Shown piece after piece: positions 1 to 12,800 of a stretch of 64,000 nt of DNA. Position 1 is the stretch's first letter, and each line of letters opens with the position of its first letter. Source of the stretch: Azolla caroliniana (taxonomy: Eukaryota > Plantae > Polypodiophyta); NCBI GenBank assembly GCA_043228905.1, contig JBHGNT010000006.1, positions 12,152,001 through 12,216,000 of the forward strand, given 5' to 3'. A program made the position numbers and the translations under genes. The notes beneath the pieces were generated by a model. It was not told where the DNA came from. It worked only from the letters and a program-made list of their open reading frames with translations, and did not search any database.

Positions 1-1088
1 GAAAGCCGGAGCCCAAGCCAACTGAAGAAAGGGAAGGTCAAGCCAAGGTGGCTAAGAAGACCAAGACATGAACGTGATCTGATGTCGTAAAGGGTCTGAA
101 GATCGTAGACGAGTTGGAGACAGTCAACTCAGACAAGAGCAAGAATGAATCGGAGACAACCGATTCGGTCAAGAGTCGAAGTGAATTGCACACAACTGAT
201 TCAATCAGAATGTTCGATTCAAGGGAGTTGAATCGATTGGCCAAGCAGTCGAGAGGGCAGCGGAAGTTGACACCAACACAAAGGAGCAACCATAACGGAA
301 AGCCGGAGCCCAACCCAACTGAAGAAAGGGAAGGTCAAGCCAAGGTGGCTAAGAAGACCAAGACATGAACGTGGTCTGATGTCGTAAAGGGTCTGAAGAT
401 CGTAGACGAGTTGGAGACAGTCAACTTAGACAAGAGCAAGAATGAATCGGAGACAACCGATTCGGTCAAGAGTCGAAGTGAATTGCACACAGCTGATTCA
501 ATCGGAATGTTCGATTCAAGGGAGTTGAATCGATTGGCCAAGCAGTCGAGAGGGCAGCGGAAGTTGACACCAACACAAAGGAGCCAACAAGTCAAGAAGC
601 GCGAGGAACACACCAACAAGGGAGTTGACAAACCGACTGAGAAGGTCAAGGTGCGTTGAACCAAATGGGTCATGGGAAGAGGAACCAAACCAGACGAGGA
701 GTGTGAGCTAGGCGAGAAGATGCCAGGAGGAGTCAGATGAAAGGGCCAGCGCACACACATAGTGATCGGACCTCAAGTTGAGCTTGAGGGGAGTGTTGAG
801 CGGGCAAGCTCAACCAGATCCAGGTCGGTTGGCCAAGCAGTCGAGAGGGCAGTGGAAGTTGACACCGACACAGAGGAACCGGCAGGTCAAGAAGCACGAG
901 GAACACACCAACAAGGGAGCTGACAAACCGACCGAGAAGGTCGAGGTGCGTGGAACCAAATGGGTCATGGGAAGAGGAACCAGACCGGACGAGGAGTGTG
1001 AGCTAGGCGAGAAGATGCCAGGAGGAGTCAGATGAAAGGGCCGGCGCACACACATAGTGATCCGACCTCAAGTTGAGCTTGAGGGGAG
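1..1088 (+). repeat. 3' internal region of an LTR retrotransposon with ~297-bp and ~295-bp direct duplications
   Basis: 1-297 repeats at 298-~588; ~528-825 repeats at ~823-1120. Polypurine tract (PPT) GAGGGGAG at 786-793 and 1081-1088, each followed by TGTTGAGC. Confidence 0.85.
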
Positions 1089-1417
1089 TGTTGAGCAGGC
1101 AAGCTCAACCGGATCCAGGTCGGTATCCGGAGCGGAGAACCGGATCAATGTCCAAATAGATCGGTATTCGGAACCTAGAGCCGGACCGGAGAACCGTATC
1201 ATACTCCGGAATAGTGAGAACTAGTAGGCCATTGGAGCCTATGGTCCGAGCCTAGTACGTAGGCGTATTCCTTGGAGCATATTCCTTGGAGTTAGAGTCA
1301 ATCGCTCGTATGAGCATTGAAGTACAGGTCAATACTTCTATCAGTCCTTTAAAGGACTTGCATGAAAAGTGTTCTGTATGTAGAGAGTATTTTTATTTTG
1401 AATTGAGCTCAGTTTTG

Positions 1418-1448
<31 letters not shown>

Positions 1449-1550
1449 GTGTACTCAAGCTTTCTATTAAACCTTCATTATGTGTTCTGCTCTTATCCAG
1501 ACTAGCCGGTTTTGTCTACGCTTCCGCACAATTGCTTTTTCATACTTCAA
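1089..1550 (+). mobile_element. 3' LTR (family F)
   Basis: Begins TGTTGAG immediately after a PPT and contains (CT)n. Shares blocks (CAAGCTCAAC, ATGAGC..TCAAGTAC-like) with minus-strand LTRs at ~30865-31327 and ~44194-44618. 3' end approximate. Confidence 0.7.
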
Positions 1551-1579
1551 TGCTCTTAAAAGAGCATCCTATGTTCAAA

Positions 1580-2235
1580 AATTAATGATGGATTTACAAA
1601 ATAAAGTACAACCTGAATATATTTATCAACCAATATGAAGCTCAAACTGTGGCTAAAAGCTATGGTCAAATGACAACATCAATTATGACAACACCTATCA
1701 TACCCTTGCCTAGATGATGAGCCAAACTGTTTTAGTGCTTTTTACAATGAAAGCATGGAACCTCCACCAAATGAATGCAAAGAGTGTCTTCCTCTGAGGA
1801 GAGCTTCAAGAAGAGGTCCATAGACAACAATCACCCACATTCAAGTTGGAAATCCAAGGATGTGTGGTACATCAACTCAAGGAGCCATTATATTATCTCA
1901 AACAATTGCTAAAGATATGGCTCTGAAATATTGAGTGGTACATGCACAACATTGTCTTGCATATGTCAAAGTCAAATTATTCCCTCTTTGTGCAAACTAG
2001 CTCTTAACAAACTACTTTCATCCTCTTCTACTTCAATGACCTAATAATCAAACAAGAACATCTAGCCACTATCAAGAATGTAATCTCTACTTGCCACAAA
2101 GTTTGAAATGAAGGATATGGACAAGCTTTGCCACTTTCTTTGTATTGAAATCATCCACATTCAATGTCACATCTTGATCTATCCACATCATTACATCTAA
2201 AACTTGTTATTCAAATTCGGCATGAAGGACTAGAA
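1580..2235 (+). pseudogene. Heavily degenerate Ty1/copia reverse transcriptase fragment
   Basis: Translates WNLHQMNAKSVFL*GELQEEV (copia HQMDVKSAFL.G.L.EEV) and KFEMKDM; many stops and frameshifts. Confidence 0.75.
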
Positions 2236-2259
2236 GGAACAATGAACATGTTTGATTCT

Positions 2260-2510
2260 CAATAACAACAATTTATAGCTTAGCATTCTCCTTCATTAGT
2301 GTCCTAATCTCTTCACCTTGCTTGTTTATGGTTTCTTGAAGAGAAATCAAGTGACTTAATAAACATTTTCTTCATTGTGATTGAATTTGTTGCATTAATA
2401 TCAAGAATCTTTGATGATCTTGGCTCATTGTCCATCATAATTCCGGACTTAGTGCCCCCCTTACGAGTGTTTACCATTGTATAACGAAACCCTATGAGAA
2501 GTACACTTTT
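2260..2510 (-). mobile_element. Fragment of the 5' UTR/ORF1 start of the RTE/RTEX-like LINE family
   Basis: Near-identical blocks with 27290-27550 (CTTAGCATTCTC..., TTGTTTATGGTTTCTTGAAGAGAAATCAAGTGACT, TTACGAGTGTTT.CCATTGTA). Confidence 0.8.
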
Positions 2511-2660
2511 GGATCTTGTTATGTTTAGTTGATTACAAAATTCATCTTCTTAGAACACAACATATACTGTGTTGTGAGCTTTCGTTCAAGTCATAACAAT
2601 TTGTCAAAATTGAACCTCGTATGAACAAATAATGGCTAAAATAAACTAAAGAAGAAGTGA

Positions 2661-2661
<1 letters not shown>

Positions 2662-2699
<38 letters not shown>
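2662..2699. repeat. (TG)n microsatellite
   Basis: Directly visible. Confidence 0.95.
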
Positions 2700-2701
<2 letters not shown>

Positions 2702-2774
2702 TGAGTGAGTGAGCTTTGGAACATCTATGACGGAAAGGTTCTAGTTTTCCACAATTGGGGTATCCATTGGGAGT

Positions 2775-3247
2775 TGTTGGGAAATCGATCTCTCTGGATG
2801 GGATCCGGTGATGAATAAAGAGAACCCGGTGAGAACCGGAAGAGATTCGGAAACCGGAGGAGACCCGATGAGAACCGGAAGAGAAGACAGATTTGTAAAT
2901 ATGTCTTGAATAAGCCCATTGAGGCTATATTTGTAAATCGCCCTAAGTTCATATAACTATAAATATGACTTAGGGCAATCACTTTTGTGTGTGATTGTGT
3001 TGTTGTCATATTGTTGTAACTGTTGTACAGAAAGAGAGGGAGAGAGAGAGAGATACAAAGCAATACTCTGTTGTAATCGCCACTGTGCGAAGAAACAGAG
3101 CTCGAGGTCGTTGCCTCTGAGTCTCTGATTGTACCCCTTCTCTTCATAGTGATAGTTCGGCGTCTGTGCCCATTTCTATGTTTGATTCTTATAGAAGTGT
3201 TTTACTACTCGATTGTGGCCGAGCGATATTCCGCGCATTTCTCTTCA
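2775..3247 (+). mobile_element. Solo LTR, copia family B
   Basis: TGTTGGG...CTCTTCA termini, 5-bp TSD GGAGT on both sides (2770-2774, 3248-3252). Homologous to LTRs at 39868-40430, 44927-45482 and 62030-62579. Confidence 0.92.
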
Positions 3248-3399
3248 GGAGTGAATGTTACGAATGCCCAATTGATTAAATATATGACTAAGTTAAGGGA
3301 TAAGGCTCGTGGATTGGAAGTCACAATCTTGGTCATTTCATGTACTCTCTAAGGTTGTACAATGGAGATGGAACCCATGATATATTATTTGTCATTTCT

Positions 3400-3900
3400 A
3401 CCATGGACAAAGAAGGCATTACATTCTATTTTACAACTTCGTCGATATTTGTTGTGGAGAATGAGGGATAAGATGGGAAACACAAGAATTGTGTGGAACA
3501 ATCTACCAACCCCTAAGTCCTTGGGAGAGCTACAATTTTGGACTTATCTATGCATGTGATGGCTCATATATATTTCATTATTGCAAGACACTTCGATTGC
3601 TTCTTTTGCATTGTTGAAGTGGAAGATAGTACTCAGTGTTTCATAGAATGTTCAATAATTGGTCATATTTGGGGTTACATTTCTCAAATTTGGCAAGTTT
3701 TATCCAATTGTTATTCGAAATCAAGATAGTGAGTGTTTGCACACTCACATAGATGGACTTGAAATCAGAGATGGAGATTGATTTCCTATTGTTGGGATAT
3801 TGGGGATTATGAAATAATTGGACATGGAGTCAAATCATATCGATGAAAGTGGAAGGGAGTACTAATGTGACAATTTCTTTATTGAGAAAGTGGAAATTCA
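3400..3900 (+). pseudogene. Possible degenerate LINE ORF2 C-terminal zinc-binding region
   Basis: CFFCIVEVEDSTQCFIECSIIGHIW resembles the zf-RVT pattern C-x2-C...E...H.F..C...IW. Confidence 0.4.
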
Positions 3901-5243
3901 TTCCTCAATTTAGTCTTCATCTTGCCTATTGGCAATTCAACAAGTTCCACTACCCATTGTGGTGGTGATCAAACTTAAATATGTTAACATTCAAGTGTTT
4001 TTCACACACATATATTCATATAATTGTGTGTTTTCTCCAAGAGAGAGAGATAGAGACACACACATACATACACAAAAGTACTATACTAAATACAAGAATG
4101 CATATTAATAATAGAATGTACGATGAACCAACACTTGCAAGAGTGAAAAGGGCTTCCTTTAAAATTATCTTCTCACATATTGCAACTACTCTCTCATTGT
4201 AATCATTGATTTATGTAGGATATAGAATATCCATTACATTAACTATGTATCAAAGAGAGCTACATCACTTGGAATTATAAGGTTATGAATCATGATAAAA
4301 GACTTAGCGGATTTGATTGCACATACTTGCACTCACTACTTGTGTCATATTGAAGAATTGAGGCACACACAAGTATTCATTACTTTTGGGATCACACACG
4401 TGTTAGACGATTGAGCTTGATATCTCAAATTCCTTGCTTGTACTATAATCATACACAACGAGGCTATAGAGCTAGAGGAGCCTTTTAATGCATGGGAGTT
4501 AAATATATTGGAAGGCCCATTTATCAAATTATTTAAGAAAAATTGGGAGTTCAAAATATGGGAGTTGTTATGCACCACATGCTATTTATGATAAACTATT
4601 CTCCAGACTTAAGATTGGTCCAAGTCTTTGTAGGTGGATATTTTGGATGCTTTTAACCAAAAGATGCTATGTGAAACTTTAGCTCATTTGCATCCCATCA
4701 CTTTCATGTCAATCCCTCACAAACTTTTCCAATATTAATTGTCAATCGTATAAAGGGTGTATTGTTTCATCTGTTGCATCTAGACAACATAAGTTATGTT
4801 TCAACAAACATGAATACAAATGTTTCCACTATTATTGAGTATGGAAATATCCCGCTCAATCAATATGTACATATCGTGCTCGTAAACATTCACTTGTACC
4901 CTTATGGTAGTTTTATTGTGTTTTTACCATATGAGAATCATGCTTATAAATAAAAGGCATGGCTCCTTTGCCCATATGTTTGCGAAGGATATGGACTTCA
5001 CACATTCATTCCCTACTGATAAACTACTTAGTAATGCACAATATTGAGTGGGCTTCTCATGTAGATTTCAGGTATAATATTCACTCTTTGTTTTAAGGAT
5101 GAATTTGATGTTCATGCAAATCCTCATTGTGAGCAAAAAAATGCACTTTGACAAGAAGAAAAGTGTAAATATTGGTGGGAACAACTATAATCTTCACAAT
5201 ATCACTTACAATGTGAAATAGACAACAACCTAATATAAATATC

Positions 5244-5332
5244 CATAGATTGACATATTCGCATTCGTGGGGTTTCCCATTCGAATGCAAACGAATACGA
5301 ATACGAATGGGTAGTCAAGTATTCGTTTAACC

Positions 5333-5363
<31 letters not shown>

Positions 5364-5845
5364 AAAATTCCTAAGATAAAAAAAAAGGAACTTAACAATA
5401 AATAGGGATAATAAAAGAGGGACTTTGGGGACTTGACACTACTAAAATTTTATAATAAATATATAGTCGTTTTATTTTTAATAAATAAAATAAAGGCTCA
5501 TTAATTTCTTTCTTTTTTTTTCCTCAAAATTTATAGATATTTTTATCTTGACATTAAAAATGGTACTTCAAACTAATCATATCTTCAAAGTTCATACTAA
5601 TCATATTTGTTTAAAAAAATTTAATTAATTAATATAAGTTTCATAAACTCTCTTGACACTATAATCTATTAATGAATAATTGTTTTTTTTTTGTGAAATA
5701 CATTTATTTAAATAAATAAATAATTTTTTATATTTATTTTACAAACGAATGGTTTTTTAATATTCTTGGGGCCATTTGTATTCTCGAATATTGAGAATAT
5801 TGCGCATGGAGAATATCACGAATATCACGCATGTGTCAATCTATG
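5244..5845. mobile_element. Non-autonomous hAT-type element (MITE), copy 1
   Basis: Perfect 12-bp TIR CATAGATTGACA/TGTCAATCTATG, 8-bp TSD TAAATATC, clustered subterminal CGAATA/TATTCG motifs. Confidence 0.93.
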
Positions 5846-6321
5846 TAAATATCTTAGCATATAAGTATAAATATCCCCCAATGCACACGCATGTAAAGAA
5901 TTACTTGACAACAATAAGATCCCACAAGAGACTCTTCGATTTCAATTGAGACAAATAAGCATTAGACCAATATCACAACATGATTGTGTTATTTTCTTTT
6001 ACAGAAAGCGGTACAAAATTATGTTAAAATAAAACAAAACATGAGTTTGACTTTGTAAACTTTCTTGCAACACTTTCTGGTCATTATCATCCTGGCTTTT
6101 CAACTTTACACATCATACTGTAAAAGTCGGCACATATGCATAATTGCTTTCAAGCATTTTGGCACATCCAAATATATTGTTGTCTCTATATGTCCTTATC
6201 GTATCTGTGGTCCTCTCTTTTAAGACTACTAAATTGGGTGATATGATTATATGGAATTATTCTTATATCATTATAAATACAAAAATGGGGCAAATCAATG
6301 CTTCTTATACACAAATTTAAA

Positions 6322-6588
6322 AATATATGATCTTTGTATGCTTAAATTCAGATTACTAATAGGAAAAAAAACAAGTAGGGCTTTGTTTTAAGCTTCCTTG
6401 TATAGTCTCCTTCTAATAATCCTTCCTAACTAATGGGAAAGTAGCTTTATTTTGGAAAAAAAAAAATAGGGCTTTGTTGAACCTCCACCCATTTGTCAAG
6501 ATGAACCATTGTTTCCCGTTTCCCGTTTCCCCTAATTGTTTTTATTCCTCTTAGTAATCTAAATTAAAGCATACAAAGATCATATATT
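6322..6588. repeat. Foldback/MITE-like element with ~58-bp imperfect inverted arms
   Basis: 6322-6379 AATATATGATCTTTGTATGCTTAAATTCAGATTACTAATAGG... is the imperfect reverse complement of 6531-6588. Confidence 0.8.
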
Positions 6589-7082
6589 ATATATTAAAGG
6601 AAAAAACTAAGCTCTTGTAGAATCACCACGGAGGATATGGTCACGACTCACAATCACAAATAGTAGATTCAGATAAAATATTGACGAGGAAGTTTTATTA
6701 GTAAAGAATTGTGATTTGAAGTTGCATCCCATTCGTAAAGCTATGTATGCATAATGAAGTTGTTGTATCATCAATAAATACATTAGCAGAATTTGTTATG
6801 ATACATTGAAGGTAGAAAAGGACCTTATTTAAAGAAAAAAGTGTGCATCACATATGATTGTTTTTACCTCGACAAAAAAGGAAGTTGTCTTTTCTTGATT
6901 ATCAGTTTTCAAACACCTTTTGAAACCTAACCTATCAAAAAAAAAATCCCAAAAATAACACATCAATTTCTTGGCCTTTCTAAGATAAAGATAATGTCAA
7001 AATTTTTATAGCAATTATAATTCAATAACATTGAAGGAAAATATCATAAATACTTGGGTAGAATATAACTTATACTTTTAGT

Positions 7083-7982
7083 CATAGATTGAAATATTCG
7101 CATTCGTGGGGCCCGCCCCATGAATCCATACGAATAGGAATACGAATACACGTAAATATATTCGTTTTCTTCTTTTTTTTGAAATTAAAAAAAAATTTTA
7201 AAAAATAAAATTGTGTTTTATTTACGAACGAGTGAACAGTGGCCAACTGGAAGCAAAGACGCCTCACCCTACTCCCTCTGCATGCTACTTACACCCTCGC
7301 TTCCCTCTATATCCTGTTCTCGGCCAGAAATTAGGGTTTCGACAGAAAACCCTAATTTCTGTCATAATCCTAATTTCGACAAAATTTCTTCTTTTCGGCC
7401 TGCGTCATCGACTCCCTCTCATGCTCTACCTAATCCTACATCCTGTTGTCTGCTACAAATTCAGAGTTTCACTGAAACCCTAAGTTTTGCCAAAGCCCTA
7501 ATTAATTAATTATTAATGCATTAATTGATTATTAATTAATTAACTAATATTTTCCAATGAATTAAGATATGTATTTGTAAATTAATTAATGTATTAGTGA
7601 ATCAATTAATGTTTAAGTGAATTAATTAGTTAATAGTAAATTAATCATTATATTAATGAGTTAATTAATTATTGATGTATGTCTGTGTACACATATATGT
7701 ATGTGTGTGTATATGTATCTATGTATGTGTGTGTATATGTATCTATGTATGTGTGTATATATGTATCTATGTATGTGTGTATATATGTATCTATGTATGT
7801 GTGTGTATATGTATATATATGTATGTGTATGTGTGTATATATGTATGTGTATGTATGTATGTGTGTATATGTATATGTAAACGAATGATTTTATAATATT
7901 CTTAGGGCCATTTTCTATTCTCGAATACCACGAATATTACGGATGTCGAATCTCAAGAATATCACGCATGGGTCAATCTATG
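7083..7982. mobile_element. Non-autonomous hAT-type element (MITE), copy 2
   Basis: TIR CATAGATTGA/TCAATCTATG, 8-bp TSD CTTTTAGT. Same subterminal sequence as copy 1; the interior carries ATTA and TATG/TG repeats. Confidence 0.93.
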
Positions 7983-9899
7983 CTTTTAGTATTTTCCAAG
8001 AATCAAAGGTACTCTTGGTTGAGCATTAGAAATGCTAAGGGAATATAAATAAATAAAAGTCATAATAAAAGGAAAATAATGTAAAGCATGGAAGCTATTG
8101 CTTCTCACCAATTACAATAACCAAATAAAATTATGATACAAATGAATCATGTTTAACTTACCATAATTACGATATTCTCCATAAACATGATTATGGGAAA
8201 ACTTTGAGACAAAGCTCCTTTACTTCATAGGTTTTTACTTCATGTTTAGTGTCAAATTCACAACATTATGTTAGTAAAATTAGAATACGAAATAAGTATG
8301 TGCAAAAGCACGACATAATAACATTATATGAAGCTTCATCACCACTTTATGAAATTCCTAAATTTCAAATTTATAGGTGGTTGTAACTTATATATTTGCG
8401 CTTAGTATGGAATGGTTTAGGTTCATTCATGGACAAGTGGTTTTCATGGCTTGATTATTTTTTAAGGCTTCGTTAATCATTTGTGTTGAGATCCTTTATA
8501 CTATTAATTTGCCAATTTGATCATATTTTTTCCCATAAGAAGAGTGCAAATGATGATGACGTGGATTAGGAAGTTCCCAATAAGAAACAACAGTACAAAT
8601 TTGCATAGCTACCATAAGGACTCGACTAAAAATTTGCTTGCATAGTAAATACTTTAAAATTTTTGTTTCAATATTATCAAAGGGACAACTTCAACAATTA
8701 GAATAACTTTGTTTACATACAATAGTTTTTTCATCGACAAAATAACCTTTTGCCTTTTGGTAACTAGTTGCCAGATATAAAAGATATATTTCAAAACTAG
8801 CCATCACAAATCTTGCCTTTTTAATGATATTGATAATGTTAAATATTTGTAATCTAAAAGTATACATAGAAATAATTTTGTTGACCCAAGAGGAAAGAGA
8901 GTCTCCTTGCTTTATACCGCACTTCATACCTCCTTGCTCCCCAACTTTTTATTGATTTCTAAACCACCATTTTAAGATGAGCATCTTCACTAAAACGAAA
9001 CAAGATATTACATGCTAAAGCATAATGTGAAAGATTTGGTTTTATACATAAGCTAAGAGAGCCAAATGTTGCCAGGAATTATCAGTGATAGAATTCAAAC
9101 GCTCATCCTTCATGATGGAAGTGGTAGTAAATATTGTGTTCTATAGTTTGATGATTGTGGTTCAAGTATCAAAACAATGGGTTTGATACAGGTCTTCATA
9201 AACTTATTTATGTTCATTCCCATTAATAAGTTACATTAGAACATTGGCATCTTTATCCACAATAAGAGTGAAAACAATGACATTGTGCTTATAATTTAAC
9301 ATCTTATTTTTATCAGATTTGTAATATATTTTTTGATGGCTAGGGATGTTAGAATCCAATTTTTAGTTGAATTATGTCCAAGTCATTGTCCAAAATCAAT
9401 ATGCATTCCCAAATATGTCCATCCTCATCAATTTCATGCTATACCACAAAAATCCTTGGCATATTGTATAATTATCCTTACTATAAAATTAACCAATTTG
9501 AGCACAATATCTTTGATCAATCAACTATGCACCTACTAAATATTACAAATAGGTTACATGTGGATAACCCACATGTAATGGGGAGATGTGTATGACCAGA
9601 CATTTCTACTTGCGTTGACTCTATTTGGTATTGAGTTGTTACCTTTTCTTTCCAATTACTTTTTGCAATTGTTTTGTATATTTTTCTACTAGAGAAAATA
9701 AATTTGTGCTACATGGATGACTTACTATGTGAATCTTTTCTTATAGAATATTTTGTATTTAAAAAGTCTTATTGAAAGTGAATTTCATGCAATGAGTAGA
9801 ACCACGACTTTGAAACATCCACCACAAAGCATACCATGGTGCATTATCTACTATACAATTTTGCTTGCAAGTAAATCAAGTTTATATGGTAAAGAAGGT

Positions 9900-12800
9900 T
9901 TAGATGCACGGCGAGTGATAATTGAAAATAATACATATTATGTACAATGTAAGTGCAATGTCAAAAGAGTCATTGACATGGATGCTGAGAATGTGAAGGC
10001 TAATGCCAACGTTTGGACTCTTGTTGTGGGACGTAAAAATGGATTGCAACAAGAAGGAAACACAACTACACCTCATGTAGATTTGAGGAATCGTTTTGAA
10101 GTGTTGCAAGAAGAGGGGGTCTTACTACAAGATCAAAGGACAACTAATGTGGAAGAGGTGGTAGCGTGCACACCCGATGTTTTACTAAACAATACACACC
10201 TCAGACATGAAAATGTCATGAGCTCACCCTCCTCTATTGGTAAAAGTGGAAGTATTGGATTGAGAGCAATGAAAGAATGGATACGCAATGGGAGATGTCA
10301 AGAAAACTCTTTCACCACTTCTGAATTTCAGAAGCCACTAGTGTCACGTCATGAAAGTAGTGAGGCACCGGTCAAAGTTCCCGTCAAATTTGTTAGGTCC
10401 AAAAGTTCAGAAAGGGGCACTCTAGGCATGGGGTGTAAGTTTAGCCAGCAGGCTCTCACGAGATTAACTTATTTGTGTCATGAGGAAGCCCTAGGGCTGA
10501 GGATTTATTGTTGCCGATTAGGAACACGGTCCGCGGTCAGTCCTTCGACCTAGACCTCAAAGTGGGTGTGGAACAACGAACAAGTGTTTAAGCGTAATGC
10601 GTAGGGGAAGAATCCTTGTAACCTATCAGCGTATAAGGGAGACGGCTACAACCGAATCCCTATCAAGGGTTACACTTACGTACTTAAACGCTTAGGTATT
10701 CAAGACACACACAGTGAATTAGCCGTAGCTATACACAGGAAATCAGAGAAGATAGAATTCTATTATCAGGCATTTCTTTACATTCCCAAAATTACACGCA
10801 CCCTCTATCAGAGGTTTTCTTCCCTTTATATACGCAGGGTCTATTTAGCCGTTCACGCTTCCTGCGTGAACCGTTACATGCGTTATGCTCCTATATTATT
10901 TCCTATTCCTACGCTTTTGTCCGTCGGTTACTATTCCGACGGACAACATTTATGTGATTATTGTTGAACGAAACAAGTTGCTGAAATTAGGCTTCTCATT
11001 TGATCTGATGGACCTGGAGGTTTTGGCTAGCAACATGGCATGTATCTCTAGCTCCATAAAAGTCATGGCGCACAAATACTTCAACAGCCTGCCAGTCACC
11101 TTGAGTGGGCATTAGTGGATGTCGATGTTTATGAATGCTGGAATGATATGTGGGAGTTTCAATGACGTTTGCATTAAAAAGCAGCTTCTATTATGCCTAG
11201 AGGAGAAGGTAGACTCCCTCGATGAGGTGTTACACTTCCATGAGGAGAAACTGGAAGAAGATATAAGGCAGGATGTGGTGTTAGGATGGGAGAAGATCAA
11301 TGAGGGAGGTTGGGCATGGACTCAGGGGGAGGGACTTTGTCCTTCTTGGGAGATCTCACAATTGTGTTCATGAAATTAATCACGTGGAACATACAAGGTC
11401 TTGGTGGAAGCAAATGCATGATGGAAAGGAAGAACTTCTGTCAAGAGTTCAAATCCTCATGCTTTAAGGGGACCCCAAACATTTTGCTCTTGCGAGAGCA
11501 TCATTTGTGTGCAGACAGAATCTTGAGTATTGGCAATCCTCTTGAGGGGGATTGGCATACTTTTTGGTCCCCAGCTCAGGGTGAGCATGGTAGAAAAGGA
11601 GGTGTTTGTACATCTATTAGGAACAATCCGGATATTGTTGTCATGGGTCAGGACACCATAGTGGAGGGACAGGCCATTTGTGTGACTATAAGATGGCATC
11701 AATGTATAGTTGGGATAGTAAATGTGTATGCACCCAATTCGTCCGATTTGCGGGCCCTTTTTTGGAGGCAATTGGCTGATGGCTTGCCATTTGCAGATGC
11801 GTGGATCCTTGCAGGGGATTTTAACATGACTTTGCACAGAGAGGACAAGATGGGTGGCACTCATACAGTGGTCCAGGGGTTAGAGTTAGTTGCTTGGGAT
11901 CTGTTGATGGGACGATTATGAGTGAAAGATGAGTGGTATGTACCAAAAAAGCCTCGGAGTTCGCTAAGCTTTTCAAGAGCAGGCTGTAGTATAAATGGCT
12001 TTTGTATGTCTCGCATAGACAGAATATACATAAGCTCGGAACTTGAAAAATATGGTAACAATGTTGAAATAATCGTTGGTTCAACTTACTCTAATCATAT
12101 GCCGGTTCAGATTACATTAGTCAACCAGGGAGGCCAAAAAGAGACCGCAACCTGAGGATCAATTGTAAGCTTTTTGAGGATGCGGAAGTGGGAAGAAAGA
12201 TAAGGAGCATATGGGCAAGTAAGCCAACTGGTTGTGGTGCACTTGAGACACTTAGTGGGAAGATTATTGAAACTTCATTGTATTTGCACGTAGAGACTAA
12301 AAATAGAATTGCAAATTCTAAAGAAAGAGAAGTGGGATTAAGAAGATCGATAACAGTTGCCCAAAGAATGCTTCAGAAAGATCCCACGCGTCAATGGTCT
12401 AGAGCCGGTCTTGAGGCTGCTAGAGAAACGCTACAACAATTGATTATGTCTAGAAACATGATGGTATTCAGGAGTTCCGCAGCATGGTGGAACAAGAATG
12501 GGGATAAGGTAAATCATCAATTTTTTAAGTATAAAAAGCCGAGATCAAACTGTAGTTACAATCCTAAGCTAATTAAGGAGGATGGATCAACATCGGAGGA
12601 TGTATCAGAGATCATGGAGGCAGTCACAACTCACTATCATGGGTTACTCTCATACAATTCTAATATCCCCAAACAGCCTAATCTAACAGAATTTGTATTG
12701 GAGGGTATGCAACAAAGAATTTCGGAGGTTGCACAAATTAATTTGTCAAGGCCACTCTTGGAAGAGGAGGTGTCAGATGCTTTGGCGGGTATATGTAGAA

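Noticed and set aside
1-1120. CRISPR-like array or repeat-protein gene
   Set aside because: Units are ~296 bp with no unique spacers and end in PPT plus LTR; eukaryotic retroelement context.
7672-7896. MYVCV-repeat ORFs
   Set aside because: Translation of a TATG/TG microsatellite inside a MITE.
8000-9750. Possible decayed hAT transposase (GWT and VHS..L.KDI-like words on the minus strand)
   Set aside because: Motifs are weak, in the wrong order and riddled with stops.
9753-10553. 266-aa ORF as a host gene
   Set aside because: Lies directly upstream of LINE ORF2, runs into a solo LTR and resumes after it; best read as a LINE ORF1 remnant.
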